The notes beneath the pieces were generated by a model that saw nothing but the letters and a program-made list of their open reading frames with translations, had not been told where the DNA came from and did no database searches. From contig OZ257137.1 of NCBI GenBank assembly GCA_965279115.1, positions 433,847-497,846 of the forward strand: a stretch of 64,000 bases of DNA, in the 5' to 3' direction. Position 1 is the stretch's first letter. The number at the start of each line of letters is the position of its first letter. Of the stretch, positions 46,547 to 55,141 are shown in pieces. Source of the DNA: Burkholderiales bacterium (GTDB taxonomy: Bacteria; Pseudomonadota; Gammaproteobacteria; Burkholderiales; JAEUOS01). The position numbers and the translations under genes are program-made.

Positions 46547-47335
46547 ATGTCTTCCACTCGGATCCTCCCTGCAACGCGCGCCCTGTTCAAAGCCCTGGCG
46601 TTCGGCCTGCTCGCTTCGCTGGGCTCACTCGCCCTCGCGGCCGACATTACCGTCTTTGCCGCCGCCAGCCTGAAGGAATCGCTGGACGAGAACGTCAAGA
46701 CCTTCGCGGCGAGAACCGGGCATCGGGTACGCGTGTCCTATGCCGGCAGCAACGCGCTGGCCAAGCAGATAGAGAATGGCGCGCCGGCCGACCTGTTCCT
46801 CTCCGCCGACGAGGAATGGATGGACTACGTGGCGCAAAAGCGCCTGATCGTCCCAGGCACGCGCAGGAACCTGCTGGTCAATACCCTGGTATTGGTAGCT
46901 CCGTCGGCCAGCGATGCAAGGTTGGAAATCGCGCCCGGGTTCGGCTTGGCCGCTGCGCTCAAGGGCGGACGGCTCGCACTGGCCAACCCGGATTCGGTGC
47001 CAATAGGCAAGTACGCCAAGGCGGCCCTGACCTCCCTGGGGGTTTGGAACGAACTGGAAAAATCACTCACCCGGTCCGAGAACGTGCGCGCTTCGCTGAT
47101 CCTGGTGGCGCGCGGTGAAGCTCCGTTTGGCATCGTCTATGCGACCGACGCGAAAGCCGAACCCCGGACCCGGGTAATCGACAGCTTCGCCGCCAACCTT
47201 CATCCGCCCGTGGTCTATCCAGCGGCGATCATCGCGGGAAAGCACAATCCTGCCACGCAGTCCTTGCTGGACTATCTGGCTGGCCCCGAAGCGCGCACGG
47301 TCTGGACCAGATACGGCTTCGGTATCGCGCGCTGA
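46547..47335 (+). CDS. modA: molybdate (possibly also tungstate) ABC transporter substrate-binding protein
   Basis: Signal peptide then ADITVFAAASLKESLDE..SYAGSNALAKQIENGAPADLFLSADE..PIGKYAKAAL..VYATDA, the ModA signatures. Internal ATG 46547. Confidence 0.88.
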   Translation: MSSTRILPATRALFKALAFGLLASLGSLALAADITVFAAASLKESLDENVKTFAARTGHRVRVSYAGSNALAKQIENGAPADLFLSADEEWMDYVAQKRLIVPGTRRNLLVNTLVLVAPSASDARLEIAPGFGLAAALKGGRLALANPDSVPIGKYAKAALTSLGVWNELEKSLTRSENVRASLILVARGEAPFGIVYATDAKAEPRTRVIDSFAANLHPPVVYPAAIIAGKHNPATQSLLDYLAGPEARTVWTRYGFGIAR

Positions 47336-47401
47336 CTTGTTGACGGTGTGGCGCAGGCTCCCTGGTTTGTGCAGTGTCGTGCGGGACGCTCACACCCGCG
47401 C

Positions 47402-48454
47402 CTACGCCGCCAGCCGCTCCTCCCGCAACAGCCCCAACGCCTCCTGCCCCGGCCGGTCCGAGTAGCTGAACAACACCGCATCATCCACGCCTTCCAGCGT
47501 GAGCGGCATCCAGGACGGCACCACGAAAATGTCGCGCGGCGCGAAGTCGTAGGCCTGGGTTCCTACCGTGGCACGGCCGCGCCCTTCGGCGCACACGTAC
47601 ACGGTAGCATCGGTGCGGCGCGTCGGCTTGCCCTTGAAACCCCTGGGCAGCAGTTGCATGAAGGTGGCAATCGTCGGCATGGCCCAGGAGCCGGTGGCTG
47701 GGTTCACGTAACGCAGCTTCACGCCGTCCCAGGCGTCGATGTCGCGGTCATGCGAGAGCTTGTACAAGGCCTCGCGCGAGCGCGCGTACGGGTAGCAGAA
47801 CACCGGCGAAGGCGCCGTGGCGAACCTGGGCGCGTAGTCCACCGGCAACATGTTGTAGCCGTACTTGGCAAACGAATTTCCCTGTGGCCGCGTGACCGGT
47901 TGCGAAGCCTGGGGATAGTTTTCCGCGAAGGTGGCATCGAAAAGTTCGACGATCGGCAGGTCCAACCCGTCGAGCCACACCACCGGCTCGCTGCCTTCAT
48001 TGCCGTGGTCGTGCCAGGTCCAGGGCGGGGTGATGATGAAGTCGCCCGGGCTCATGAGGGTGCGCTCGCCATCAACCGCCGTGTAGGCGCCGGAGCCTTC
48101 GACGATGAAGCGCAGCGCCGATTGCGAATGGCGGTGGCTGGGCGCCACCTCGCCCGGCAGTATGAGTTGCAACCCGGCATACAGCGAGGTGGTCACCTTG
48201 GAGGTGCCGGGCAGGGCCGGGTTTTCAAGGATGAGCACGCGGCGGATCGCCTCTTCGGCCGTGATCACCGAGCCGGATTCCATGACGAAGGGACGCACCT
48301 CGGCGTCGTAGCGCCACAACATGGGCGCACAGGAAGGCCTGGGCGCCGGCGGCACCAGCGCATGCAGCACCTCCCACAGCGGCATCAGCTGGTTGGGACG
48401 CATGCGCGCGTAGTAGGCCTCGCGTGCGGTCTTTTGCGTGACTTTGGTATCCAT
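47402..48454 (-). CDS. gentisate 1,2-dioxygenase (bicupin)
   Basis: LMPLWEVLHALVP, the cupin His motif PGEVAPSHRHSQSALRFIVEG, and WTWHDHGNEG. 350 aa from ATG 48454. Confidence 0.85.
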   Translation of the reverse strand: MDTKVTQKTAREAYYARMRPNQLMPLWEVLHALVPPAPRPSCAPMLWRYDAEVRPFVMESGSVITAEEAIRRVLILENPALPGTSKVTTSLYAGLQLILPGEVAPSHRHSQSALRFIVEGSGAYTAVDGERTLMSPGDFIITPPWTWHDHGNEGSEPVVWLDGLDLPIVELFDATFAENYPQASQPVTRPQGNSFAKYGYNMLPVDYAPRFATAPSPVFCYPYARSREALYKLSHDRDIDAWDGVKLRYVNPATGSWAMPTIATFMQLLPRGFKGKPTRRTDATVYVCAEGRGRATVGTQAYDFAPRDIFVVPSWMPLTLEGVDDAVLFSYSDRPGQEALGLLREERLAA

Positions 48455-48588
48455 GTCAGCCTCCTCTTGTTGGTCCCGGCCTGCCCCGCAAGCATGGGCA
48501 CGGCGCACGCCGTGCCAACGGTATCCTATGCAGGAACGCGTGGACCGGATTGACGTGGATCAAGCGCGCGGGCGGAAATGCCCTTGCC

Positions 48589-48617
48589 GGGCGTTCAACC
48601 GGCAACGCCCTTTGTTT
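48589..48617 (+). terminator. terminator-like hairpin (GGGCGTT-N8-AACGCCC plus TTTGTTT) in the leader of the small Lys-rich ORF
   Basis: Read from the sequence. It lies 35 nt upstream of ATG 48653, and no upstream + strand gene needs terminating here. Confidence 0.35.
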
Positions 48618-48652
48618 CCGTACACTGGGACGCAACCAACAGGAGTCCCGCA

Positions 48653-48808
48653 ATGGCCACCAACGCCAAGACCGTCAAACGCCTCGCCAAGGAAGTCCAT
48701 ATCAAGGCCCAGCGCGACAAGCTGGCCCTGATGAGCCCGAACGACCGCAAGGCGGCGATGCGACAGGTCGCCGCACGGGTGAAAAAGCAGCAAGAGAAGA
48801 AAAAGTAG
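48653..48808 (+). CDS. small lysine-rich hypothetical protein (51 aa)
   Basis: AGGAG RBS 7 nt before the ATG. MATNAKTVKRLAKEVHIKAQRDKLALMSPNDRKAAMRQVAARVKKQQEKKK. Confidence 0.55.
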   Translation: MATNAKTVKRLAKEVHIKAQRDKLALMSPNDRKAAMRQVAARVKKQQEKKK

Positions 48809-48825
48809 TCGTTAAAGGCGCCTGG

Positions 48826-49686
48826 CTATTTGACGCAATCGTAGTGGAGCAATGTAATGCTGCCGCGCCAGTAAGGCTTGCGCCCCTCGGGCAGCAACCA
48901 CGCCACCTCGCCCGTCATCGGTACGGTCATGCCGTCGCAGACCTGGTAGTCGGACCAGCGGCCCTCCCAGGGCGCCATGGTCGTGAGCTTGCCGACCATG
49001 CGGCCGCGCGCCTCGGCGCGCATGGAATCGATCAGCCCGGCGTCGTTGAACCTGAACAATAGGGTCAGACTGACCGCACCGTCGGTATAGGTGACATTGG
49101 CGGAGTGGTCGTCCACGGGCGACCATTGCGCACCCTGGCTGGGCAACAGCGCCGTCGGATACCACGCCGCTTCGGCCAGAAACCGCATCAACTCACCGCG
49201 TGCGAGTTCACCACCACCACGCAAATCCGCCACGTTGAAGAGCCCGAGCAGCGCGGCATGCAACACGCCTTCGCCGGCGGCATAGGCGTCGTGTCCCCGC
49301 ACCGCCAAACCGGGGAACATCGCGATGCGGGCGTCCCACAGGAAACCCGGGCGACGGGTCACAACATGCTGGCGCGAGGTGAACGGCTTCCATTGTTCAC
49401 CGGTGGCAGACATGTTGAACACGCCGGTGTGCTCAACGACAGCTCCGACAACCATCGGCTGCCCTTCCTTGAGGGCCGCACGGAAGTAGCGTTGCACCGG
49501 TGCCGGCAAGCCTTCGAGTTCCCGCAAGGAGTAGCAACGCGGGGCAAGCGGAATGCGCCCCGCTTCAATTCGGGCGGCCAGCACCTGCGTCGCCGCACGC
49601 CAGCGCCGGGCGCCCAGCAAGGCCAAGCCGACCGCCATGCCAGCCAACGCGCAAAACGCCAAAACGGTCCACGCAAGCCAAGTCAT
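48826..49686 (-). CDS. hypothetical N-terminally membrane-anchored protein
   Basis: 286 aa from ATG 49686 (MTWLAWTVLAFCALAGMAVGLALLG...). Conserved-looking C-terminus GEVAWLLPEGRKPYWRGSI. Possibly a DUF6544-type protein, but I cannot verify this. Confidence 0.6.
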   Translation of the reverse strand: MTWLAWTVLAFCALAGMAVGLALLGARRWRAATQVLAARIEAGRIPLAPRCYSLRELEGLPAPVQRYFRAALKEGQPMVVGAVVEHTGVFNMSATGEQWKPFTSRQHVVTRRPGFLWDARIAMFPGLAVRGHDAYAAGEGVLHAALLGLFNVADLRGGGELARGELMRFLAEAAWYPTALLPSQGAQWSPVDDHSANVTYTDGAVSLTLLFRFNDAGLIDSMRAEARGRMVGKLTTMAPWEGRWSDYQVCDGMTVPMTGEVAWLLPEGRKPYWRGSITLLHYDCVK

Positions 49687-49740
49687 GCTGGTTCTTGCCT
49701 TGGTGCGGAAAAATTCGGCATCTGCCGGAAATGTAGTGGT

Positions 49741-50229
49741 TTGACGGGACGTCATCTGTTCGTCAACGCACTGCCCGGGGCCGATTACACTCCGGTTGCC
49801 GAGCATGACTGCTCCGACGACGAGCTTGCAACGATTCTCGACCAGTCGCGACGCGCGAACACGGCGCATGGCCTCACCGGCCTGCTGATCTACTTTGCGC
49901 CTACACGTGAATTCTGCCAGTTGCTCGAAGGGCAGAAAGAGGACGTTCTCCGATTGATGGCGAATATCAAGAGCGACGACCGGCACGGCCTGATCGTCAT
50001 CGAAATTCAGGAGGAAGTCGCCGCCCGCAGCTTCGGTGCCTGGTCGATGGGTTTCCTGCATTCAAACGCCTTCAACCCGAACGCTTGGCCGGAGTACGTG
50101 GATGTGCTGCACAACGGCCTGAACGGCGCTCACCTCACCGGAGTACGCACCTCGGCAGTGCAGTTTTTGCGGACCATCCAAACCACGCTGAAGGTGCCGG
50201 ATGAAAAGGCAGTGCGCCTGTTCGCTTAG
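49741..50229 (+). CDS. BLUF (blue-light sensing FAD) domain protein
   Basis: DELATILDQSRRANTAHGLTGLLIYFAPTREFCQLLEGQKEDVLRLMANIKSDDRH...FGAWSMGF contains the BLUF Tyr (DYTPVAE), Gln (FCQLLEG) and W-x-M motifs. The only nearby start is TTG 49741. The track ORF extends antisense into the neighbouring gene. Confidence 0.75.
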   Translation: MTGRHLFVNALPGADYTPVAEHDCSDDELATILDQSRRANTAHGLTGLLIYFAPTREFCQLLEGQKEDVLRLMANIKSDDRHGLIVIEIQEEVAARSFGAWSMGFLHSNAFNPNAWPEYVDVLHNGLNGAHLTGVRTSAVQFLRTIQTTLKVPDEKAVRLFA

Positions 50230-50266
50230 GTCTTTCTGCAGCCGGGCAGCCTTTCGATGTCGCCGA

Positions 50267-52480
50267 CTACAAGCGAAATCTGAACGTCGCCCCCTCGCCC
50301 ACCCTGCCTTCGGCCTCAAGCACGCCGCCGTGCCGCTCTACCACTCGCTTGGCTACCGCCATGCCGATGCCTGATCCCTCGAATTCCTCGCGCGAGTGCA
50401 GGCGGGTAAACACCCCGAACACCTTGTCCACGTACTTCTGGTCGAAACCGACGCCGTTGTCGCGCACCCGGTAGAAGCCCGCGTCGAAGTCCACCCGCAC
50501 CACGGGGGTCTCGCGCCCGGCGGAATACTTGGCGGCGTTGTCCAGCAGGTTTAGCCACACTTGCTTCAGGAGCGTGCCATCACCGGTGCAATCCGGGAGG
50601 TCGGCCACTTCAAAACGCGCGGTTGGCCAGGATTGGCCCAACACGCCCAGGCATTCGGCGACAATGCCGTTGCACGACACCGGGCCAAACTTCACATCGG
50701 TACGCGAAGTCCGCGCGAACGCCAGCAGGTCGTCGAGCAGACGATTCATGAACTGAGCGTTTGCGATGATGCGTTCAAGATAGCGTTCGCGCTCGGCCGC
50801 GCTGTCCCCGGCATCGGCGGTACGCAGCAAGGTCGCGAAACCGATCAAGCCGCGCAGCGGCGCGCGCAGATCGTGGGCGATGGTGTAGTCGAATTCCTCG
50901 AGTTGGCGCACCGTCGCTTCAAGAGCCCGGGTGCGCTCGTGCACCGTGTCCCGCGCCTGGCGCAACGCGAAGCGCACATGCACCGCCGATAGATCCGCCA
51001 CAAATCGTTGCTCGATCTCTGACCAGGGCGCGGAACGTCCGCGCACGATCTCGCGCCAGGCGGCGAAAGAACGCCGCGGCGAAAGGCGCAGCCCGTCGGC
51101 CGAGAGCGTCACCACCTTGCGCGGGTCCCCCGCCCAGAAGACTTCCCGGTCCCTCGACTGGCGCAACATCGCCATGCCAGCGCGTCCGGGCGCGTCGAAC
51201 CTCACCACAAGCGCGCCGCCGAATACGGCCTCATCCGGCAATTCGTCGCCAAGTTGGCTCGTTTGCCACACCGGCGTATCGGCTACGCGCTGTCGCAGAT
51301 GTTCGACCAACACCGCGCGGCGCACCTCCGGAGCCGCCTCGCCCCACCACGAAACACCCTTGTCCGACCAGGCCAAGATGGCCCCGGCCTGCATGCGATC
51401 GCGAAGCTCCTTTTCGAACTGGCCGACCAGGTGATCGAAATCGTGCAGTCCTTCGGCCGATGCCGCAGCAAGCATGCGCGCCTGCAACAGGTCGGCCTGG
51501 GCGGTCGCGTCGGCAACGCGCCGCGCCGAAGAGCGCGCGATCAGTGTCGCCAGCGAATGGGCCACGATGCCCACCATCTTGCGGCGCGCCAGGGGCACTG
51601 TCGCCAGCTGGTAATGGTGGCAGGCGATCATTCCCCAAAGACGCCCGTTCACCATGAGCGAAAGCACGAACGTGGCACGCACGCCCATGTTTTGCAGGTA
51701 TTCAATGTGCACCGGGGAAATGCCGCGCAGATCGGCCAGGCTCATGTCGAGCGGCGCTGCATCCACACACTCGCCGCTCACTCGCAACGCGACCGGCACG
51801 TATTGCACGTCTGGAATGTAACGCGCCAGGTTGATCTCATAGAGACGCCGCGCCTGTACCGGGATGTCGCCGGCGGGATAGTTGAGGCCGAGAAAGGGCG
51901 CAAGGTCCTGCCGGCGCGATTCGCCAACGACTTCGCCATTCCAATCCTGGTCGAATCGGTAAATCATCACGCGATGCAAGCCGGTCAGGTCGCGCACCAG
52001 GTCGGCCGCCACTGTCCACAGGTCGCGGTCCTCGGTATCGGCCCCGAGCATGTTGAGCATGCGCTGCAGGTGTTCGAGGGTGACGTTGCCGCCATCGTCG
52101 TTTTGCGCGGCGGTGAACTCCAGGATCGTGCGGCCCGCATGCCGGTGCGCCAGCACGTCCAGGCGACGGCCTGCGAGCGCGATGCATTCGTGCACGGGGA
52201 GGTGGGATTCCGCGTCGAAATACGCCAGCCTCTCGTAGATGCGGCCTGCGGCGACCGCGCCAACGCACACATCGAGCGTGTTGCCGAGCGGCTCGAAATC
52301 GCGCGTGAGGCCGACGATTTCGCAGAAATTCGCCGAGGCGTGCGTCACCCGCTGGCTGAGCGGATCAATCGCCAGCAGCGCGCCGTGCGCCTGGGCCACA
52401 CCTGGAACATGAATCGGTTCGCGCGCACAGGCCTCAAGGGCGTCCGCTTGCGTAAACGGGTCGGCAGGCCGCTCAGTCAT
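50267..52480 (-). CDS. bphP: bacteriophytochrome-type sensor histidine kinase (PAS2-GAF-PHY-HisKA-HATPase)
   Basis: N-terminal LEACAREPIHVPGVAQAHGALLA (chromophore Cys directly before the REPIH motif). GAF block RVMIYRFDQDWNGEVVGE..YPAGDIPVQARRLY..SPVHIEYLQNMGV..LWGMIACHH. H-box FDYTIAHDLRAPL. G-boxes DNGVGF and GSGIGM. Confidence 0.88.
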   Translation of the reverse strand: MTERPADPFTQADALEACAREPIHVPGVAQAHGALLAIDPLSQRVTHASANFCEIVGLTRDFEPLGNTLDVCVGAVAAGRIYERLAYFDAESHLPVHECIALAGRRLDVLAHRHAGRTILEFTAAQNDDGGNVTLEHLQRMLNMLGADTEDRDLWTVAADLVRDLTGLHRVMIYRFDQDWNGEVVGESRRQDLAPFLGLNYPAGDIPVQARRLYEINLARYIPDVQYVPVALRVSGECVDAAPLDMSLADLRGISPVHIEYLQNMGVRATFVLSLMVNGRLWGMIACHHYQLATVPLARRKMVGIVAHSLATLIARSSARRVADATAQADLLQARMLAAASAEGLHDFDHLVGQFEKELRDRMQAGAILAWSDKGVSWWGEAAPEVRRAVLVEHLRQRVADTPVWQTSQLGDELPDEAVFGGALVVRFDAPGRAGMAMLRQSRDREVFWAGDPRKVVTLSADGLRLSPRRSFAAWREIVRGRSAPWSEIEQRFVADLSAVHVRFALRQARDTVHERTRALEATVRQLEEFDYTIAHDLRAPLRGLIGFATLLRTADAGDSAAERERYLERIIANAQFMNRLLDDLLAFARTSRTDVKFGPVSCNGIVAECLGVLGQSWPTARFEVADLPDCTGDGTLLKQVWLNLLDNAAKYSAGRETPVVRVDFDAGFYRVRDNGVGFDQKYVDKVFGVFTRLHSREEFEGSGIGMAVAKRVVERHGGVLEAEGRVGEGATFRFRL

Positions 52481-52653
52481 GGCGGACAGTGCGGTTTCGC
52501 AAGCGTAGGCGGAATGCGGTTGTCATGGGCGAATCAGCGTGCATAACCAGACTATACCAATCATGCAATTTGCTCAATTAAGTCATTTCGACCGCTTTTC
52601 CGGCCTGATTCTCCTGGTTTATGGGAACCTCGCTCGGCGCTTCTGGCTCCCAC

Positions 52654-53430
52654 TCAGCCCAGCGGCAGGTCGCGCCGATGCCGCATGTACGGTGAATACA
52701 CCGGCGCATCCGGCTTGATACGACCATCCGCGCCCCACTCCACCATCTTGTTGAACGGTACCTCGCCGCGCTCGTCAAGCTGCGTCAATCCCGTCGCATA
52801 GTCAGCCTCGATTCGCTTCAAGCGCGCCTCCACTACCGCAGCCTCCGAATAGCGCAGCCCCGCTTCCACACCGTAGGCGACAAACGGCGCAAGCACCTCG
52901 TAGCCCACATAGGCGAGCGAGAAGTTCACCGGCCACAGCATCAGGTCGATGTCGCCGCTACGTCCGTTGTAGGCATAGGTTTCCGCGCTGGTACCCACAG
53001 TGACCGACAGCATCGCGCGCCGGCCGGTGAAGCGGCCGTTCTCGAAGCGCTGCTTGCTGGTGTACACGTCGCCGTAGATGAACACCCGGTCCAGCCAGCC
53101 CTTGAGCATGGCCGGCGGCAGGTGCCACCACATAGGGTATTGCAGGATCAGGAGGTCGGCCGCTTCCAGTCGCCCGATTTCTGCGGCGACGTCGGCGGGA
53201 ATGGCGCCCTCGGCCGACGCGTGGCGCTGCTCGGACTGCACGTCGAAGCGGTCCGCGTCAAGCGCGGGGGTGTAGTGCGAGGCGCGCTCGCAGGGGTCGA
53301 ATCCCATCTGGTACAGGTCGGAGATGGTGACTGTCCAGCCTTGCGCTTCGAGGGACCGCCGGGCCACCTGACCCAGGTGGGCGTTGTACGACTTGGGCTC
53401 CGGATGGGCCAACACGATATGCGCTTGCAT
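52654..53430 (-). CDS. NAD(P)H:quinone oxidoreductase, flavodoxin-like fold (NQO1/DT-diaphorase-like)
   Basis: IVLAHPEPKSYN...ADLLILQYPMWWHLPPAMLKGWLDRVF pattern of the Flavodoxin_2 family. 258 aa. Confidence 0.8.
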   Translation of the reverse strand: MQAHIVLAHPEPKSYNAHLGQVARRSLEAQGWTVTISDLYQMGFDPCERASHYTPALDADRFDVQSEQRHASAEGAIPADVAAEIGRLEAADLLILQYPMWWHLPPAMLKGWLDRVFIYGDVYTSKQRFENGRFTGRRAMLSVTVGTSAETYAYNGRSGDIDLMLWPVNFSLAYVGYEVLAPFVAYGVEAGLRYSEAAVVEARLKRIEADYATGLTQLDERGEVPFNKMVEWGADGRIKPDAPVYSPYMRHRRDLPLG

Positions 53431-53475
53431 GGAATTTCCGCCGGTGTAAGGGCGGCCATGCTAGCGCACTCGCGT

Positions 53476-53976
53476 TCAGGTGCGCAGTTCAGGCAACTTC
53501 TCGCCCTTGGGCACGAAGCGGATCGCCAGGCCGTTGTTGCAATAGCGCAGACCGGTGGGCTTGGGGCCGTCGTCGAACACATGGCCCTGGTGCCCCTCGC
53601 AGCGCGCACAGTGGTACTCGGTGCGCGGCAGTATCAGCTTGAAATCCTTCTTGGTGCCCACCGCGCCGGGCAGGGTGTCCCAGAAGCTGGGCCAGCCGGT
53701 GCCGCTTTCGTACTTCTTGGCACTGTCGAACAGCGGCAGGAAACAGGCCGCGCAGACGAAGGTGCCGGCGCGCTTTTCATTGTTGAGCGGGCTCGAACCG
53801 GGCGGCTCGGTACCTTCCTCGAACAGAATATGGAACTGGTTGGCCGCAACCAGTTTCTTCCATTCCGCCGGTGACTTGACCAGTTTCTTGAGGCCGGCCT
53901 TGTCCTGCGCGCGCAGGTTGGCCGCGACGGTGGCGAACAGGCCGAAAACTCCGGCTATCCAGTGACGACGTTGCAT
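53476..53976 (-). CDS. msrB: peptide-methionine (R)-S-oxide reductase MsrB with N-terminal export signal
   Basis: Zn CxxC pairs (CAACFLPLF, CARCEGHQGHVF) and catalytic RYCNNG. N-terminus MQRRHWIAGVFGLFATVAANLRA looks like a (twin-arginine-like) signal peptide. AGGAGC RBS. Confidence 0.88.
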   Translation of the reverse strand: MQRRHWIAGVFGLFATVAANLRAQDKAGLKKLVKSPAEWKKLVAANQFHILFEEGTEPPGSSPLNNEKRAGTFVCAACFLPLFDSAKKYESGTGWPSFWDTLPGAVGTKKDFKLILPRTEYHCARCEGHQGHVFDDGPKPTGLRYCNNGLAIRFVPKGEKLPELRT

Positions 53977-54055
53977 GCGATGCTCCTGATGAAATGGGGT
54001 GTGGGGATGCATACGTTGGAAGGTTAACAGCGGATGCGCCGACGCCATTCCGGCG

Positions 54056-55141
54056 CTAGGCGGTAAAACCGACGCTGCGCTTGTCGAAGGCGATCGCCTT
54101 GACCAGCACGAACACCCGGCGGCCGGTGGCGATGCCGAGTTCGTCCATGGCCTGGCGCGATATCCGCGCCGGCACCTCCTCCTGCCCGAGGCGCACCTGC
54201 GCCTCGATGATCGCGCCGCCGCCATCGCTCACGCCGGCGACCTCGCCCTCGAGCACGTTGCGGATGCTGATCCCCGAGGGCCGCTCGGTGGCCAGCGATA
54301 CGTCGCGCGACCGGATGCGGATGCGCACCCGCGTACCCAGCGGCGTGTCCATGCCCGGCGCCACCAGTTCGCCGCCGGAAAAACGGAAGCGCGTCAGGAA
54401 GTAGGCCTGGTCATGCGCGACCGCCTCGGCCTCGATCAGTGCGCCCCCTTCGTAGCGGCCGGTATGGGGCCGCAGGTCGGCGCGGTTGAAGATCTCGTGC
54501 ACGCTGCCGTGCGCCATCACGCGGCCCTCGTTCATCAGCACCACATGGTCGGCCAGGCGGGTGATCTCGCTCACCGCGTGGCTTACGTAGACAACGGGTT
54601 GCCGCAGCTCGTTGCGCAAGGCCTCGATGTATCGCAACACTTCCTGGCGGCGCTGGTTGTCGAGCGCGGCCAGCGGCTCGTCCATCAGCAACAGGCGCGG
54701 CTGGGAGAGCAGCGCACGGCCGATCGCCACGCGTTGCTTCTCGCCACCGGACAGGGCGGCCGGACTGCGCTCGAGCAGCGCCTCGATGCCCAGCAGGCCC
54801 ACCACCGCGTCAAAGCCGATGCGCATGCCCGACCTGGGCGCGCCGTACAGCAGGTTCTTCTTCACCGAGAGGTGCGGAAACAGCAGCGCGTCCTGGAACA
54901 CGTAGCCGACGCGGCGCCTCTCGGGCGGCAGGTTGATGCCGGCGGCCGCGTCGAACAACACCTCGCCGTCGATGGTGATCCTGCCGGCCTCCGGCTTGAG
55001 CAGCCCGGCGATCGCATTGACCACGCTGGACTTGCCCGAGCCGGAACGCCCGAACAGGCCGACCACCGGCGCATCAGCCGCAAAATCGACATTCAGTTCG
55101 GTGGCGCCCAATTGCCGCCGGATCGACACCTCGAGCTTCAC
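54056..55141 (-). CDS. modC: molybdate ABC transporter ATP-binding protein
   Basis: Walker A GRSGSGKSS, LSGGEKQRVAIGRAL, LLLMDEPLAALD, plus a C-terminal Mop/TOBE domain. GTG 55141 overlaps the modB stop (GTGA). Confidence 0.88.
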   Translation of the reverse strand: MKLEVSIRRQLGATELNVDFAADAPVVGLFGRSGSGKSSVVNAIAGLLKPEAGRITIDGEVLFDAAAGINLPPERRRVGYVFQDALLFPHLSVKKNLLYGAPRSGMRIGFDAVVGLLGIEALLERSPAALSGGEKQRVAIGRALLSQPRLLLMDEPLAALDNQRRQEVLRYIEALRNELRQPVVYVSHAVSEITRLADHVVLMNEGRVMAHGSVHEIFNRADLRPHTGRYEGGALIEAEAVAHDQAYFLTRFRFSGGELVAPGMDTPLGTRVRIRIRSRDVSLATERPSGISIRNVLEGEVAGVSDGGGAIIEAQVRLGQEEVPARISRQAMDELGIATGRRVFVLVKAIAFDKRSVGFTA

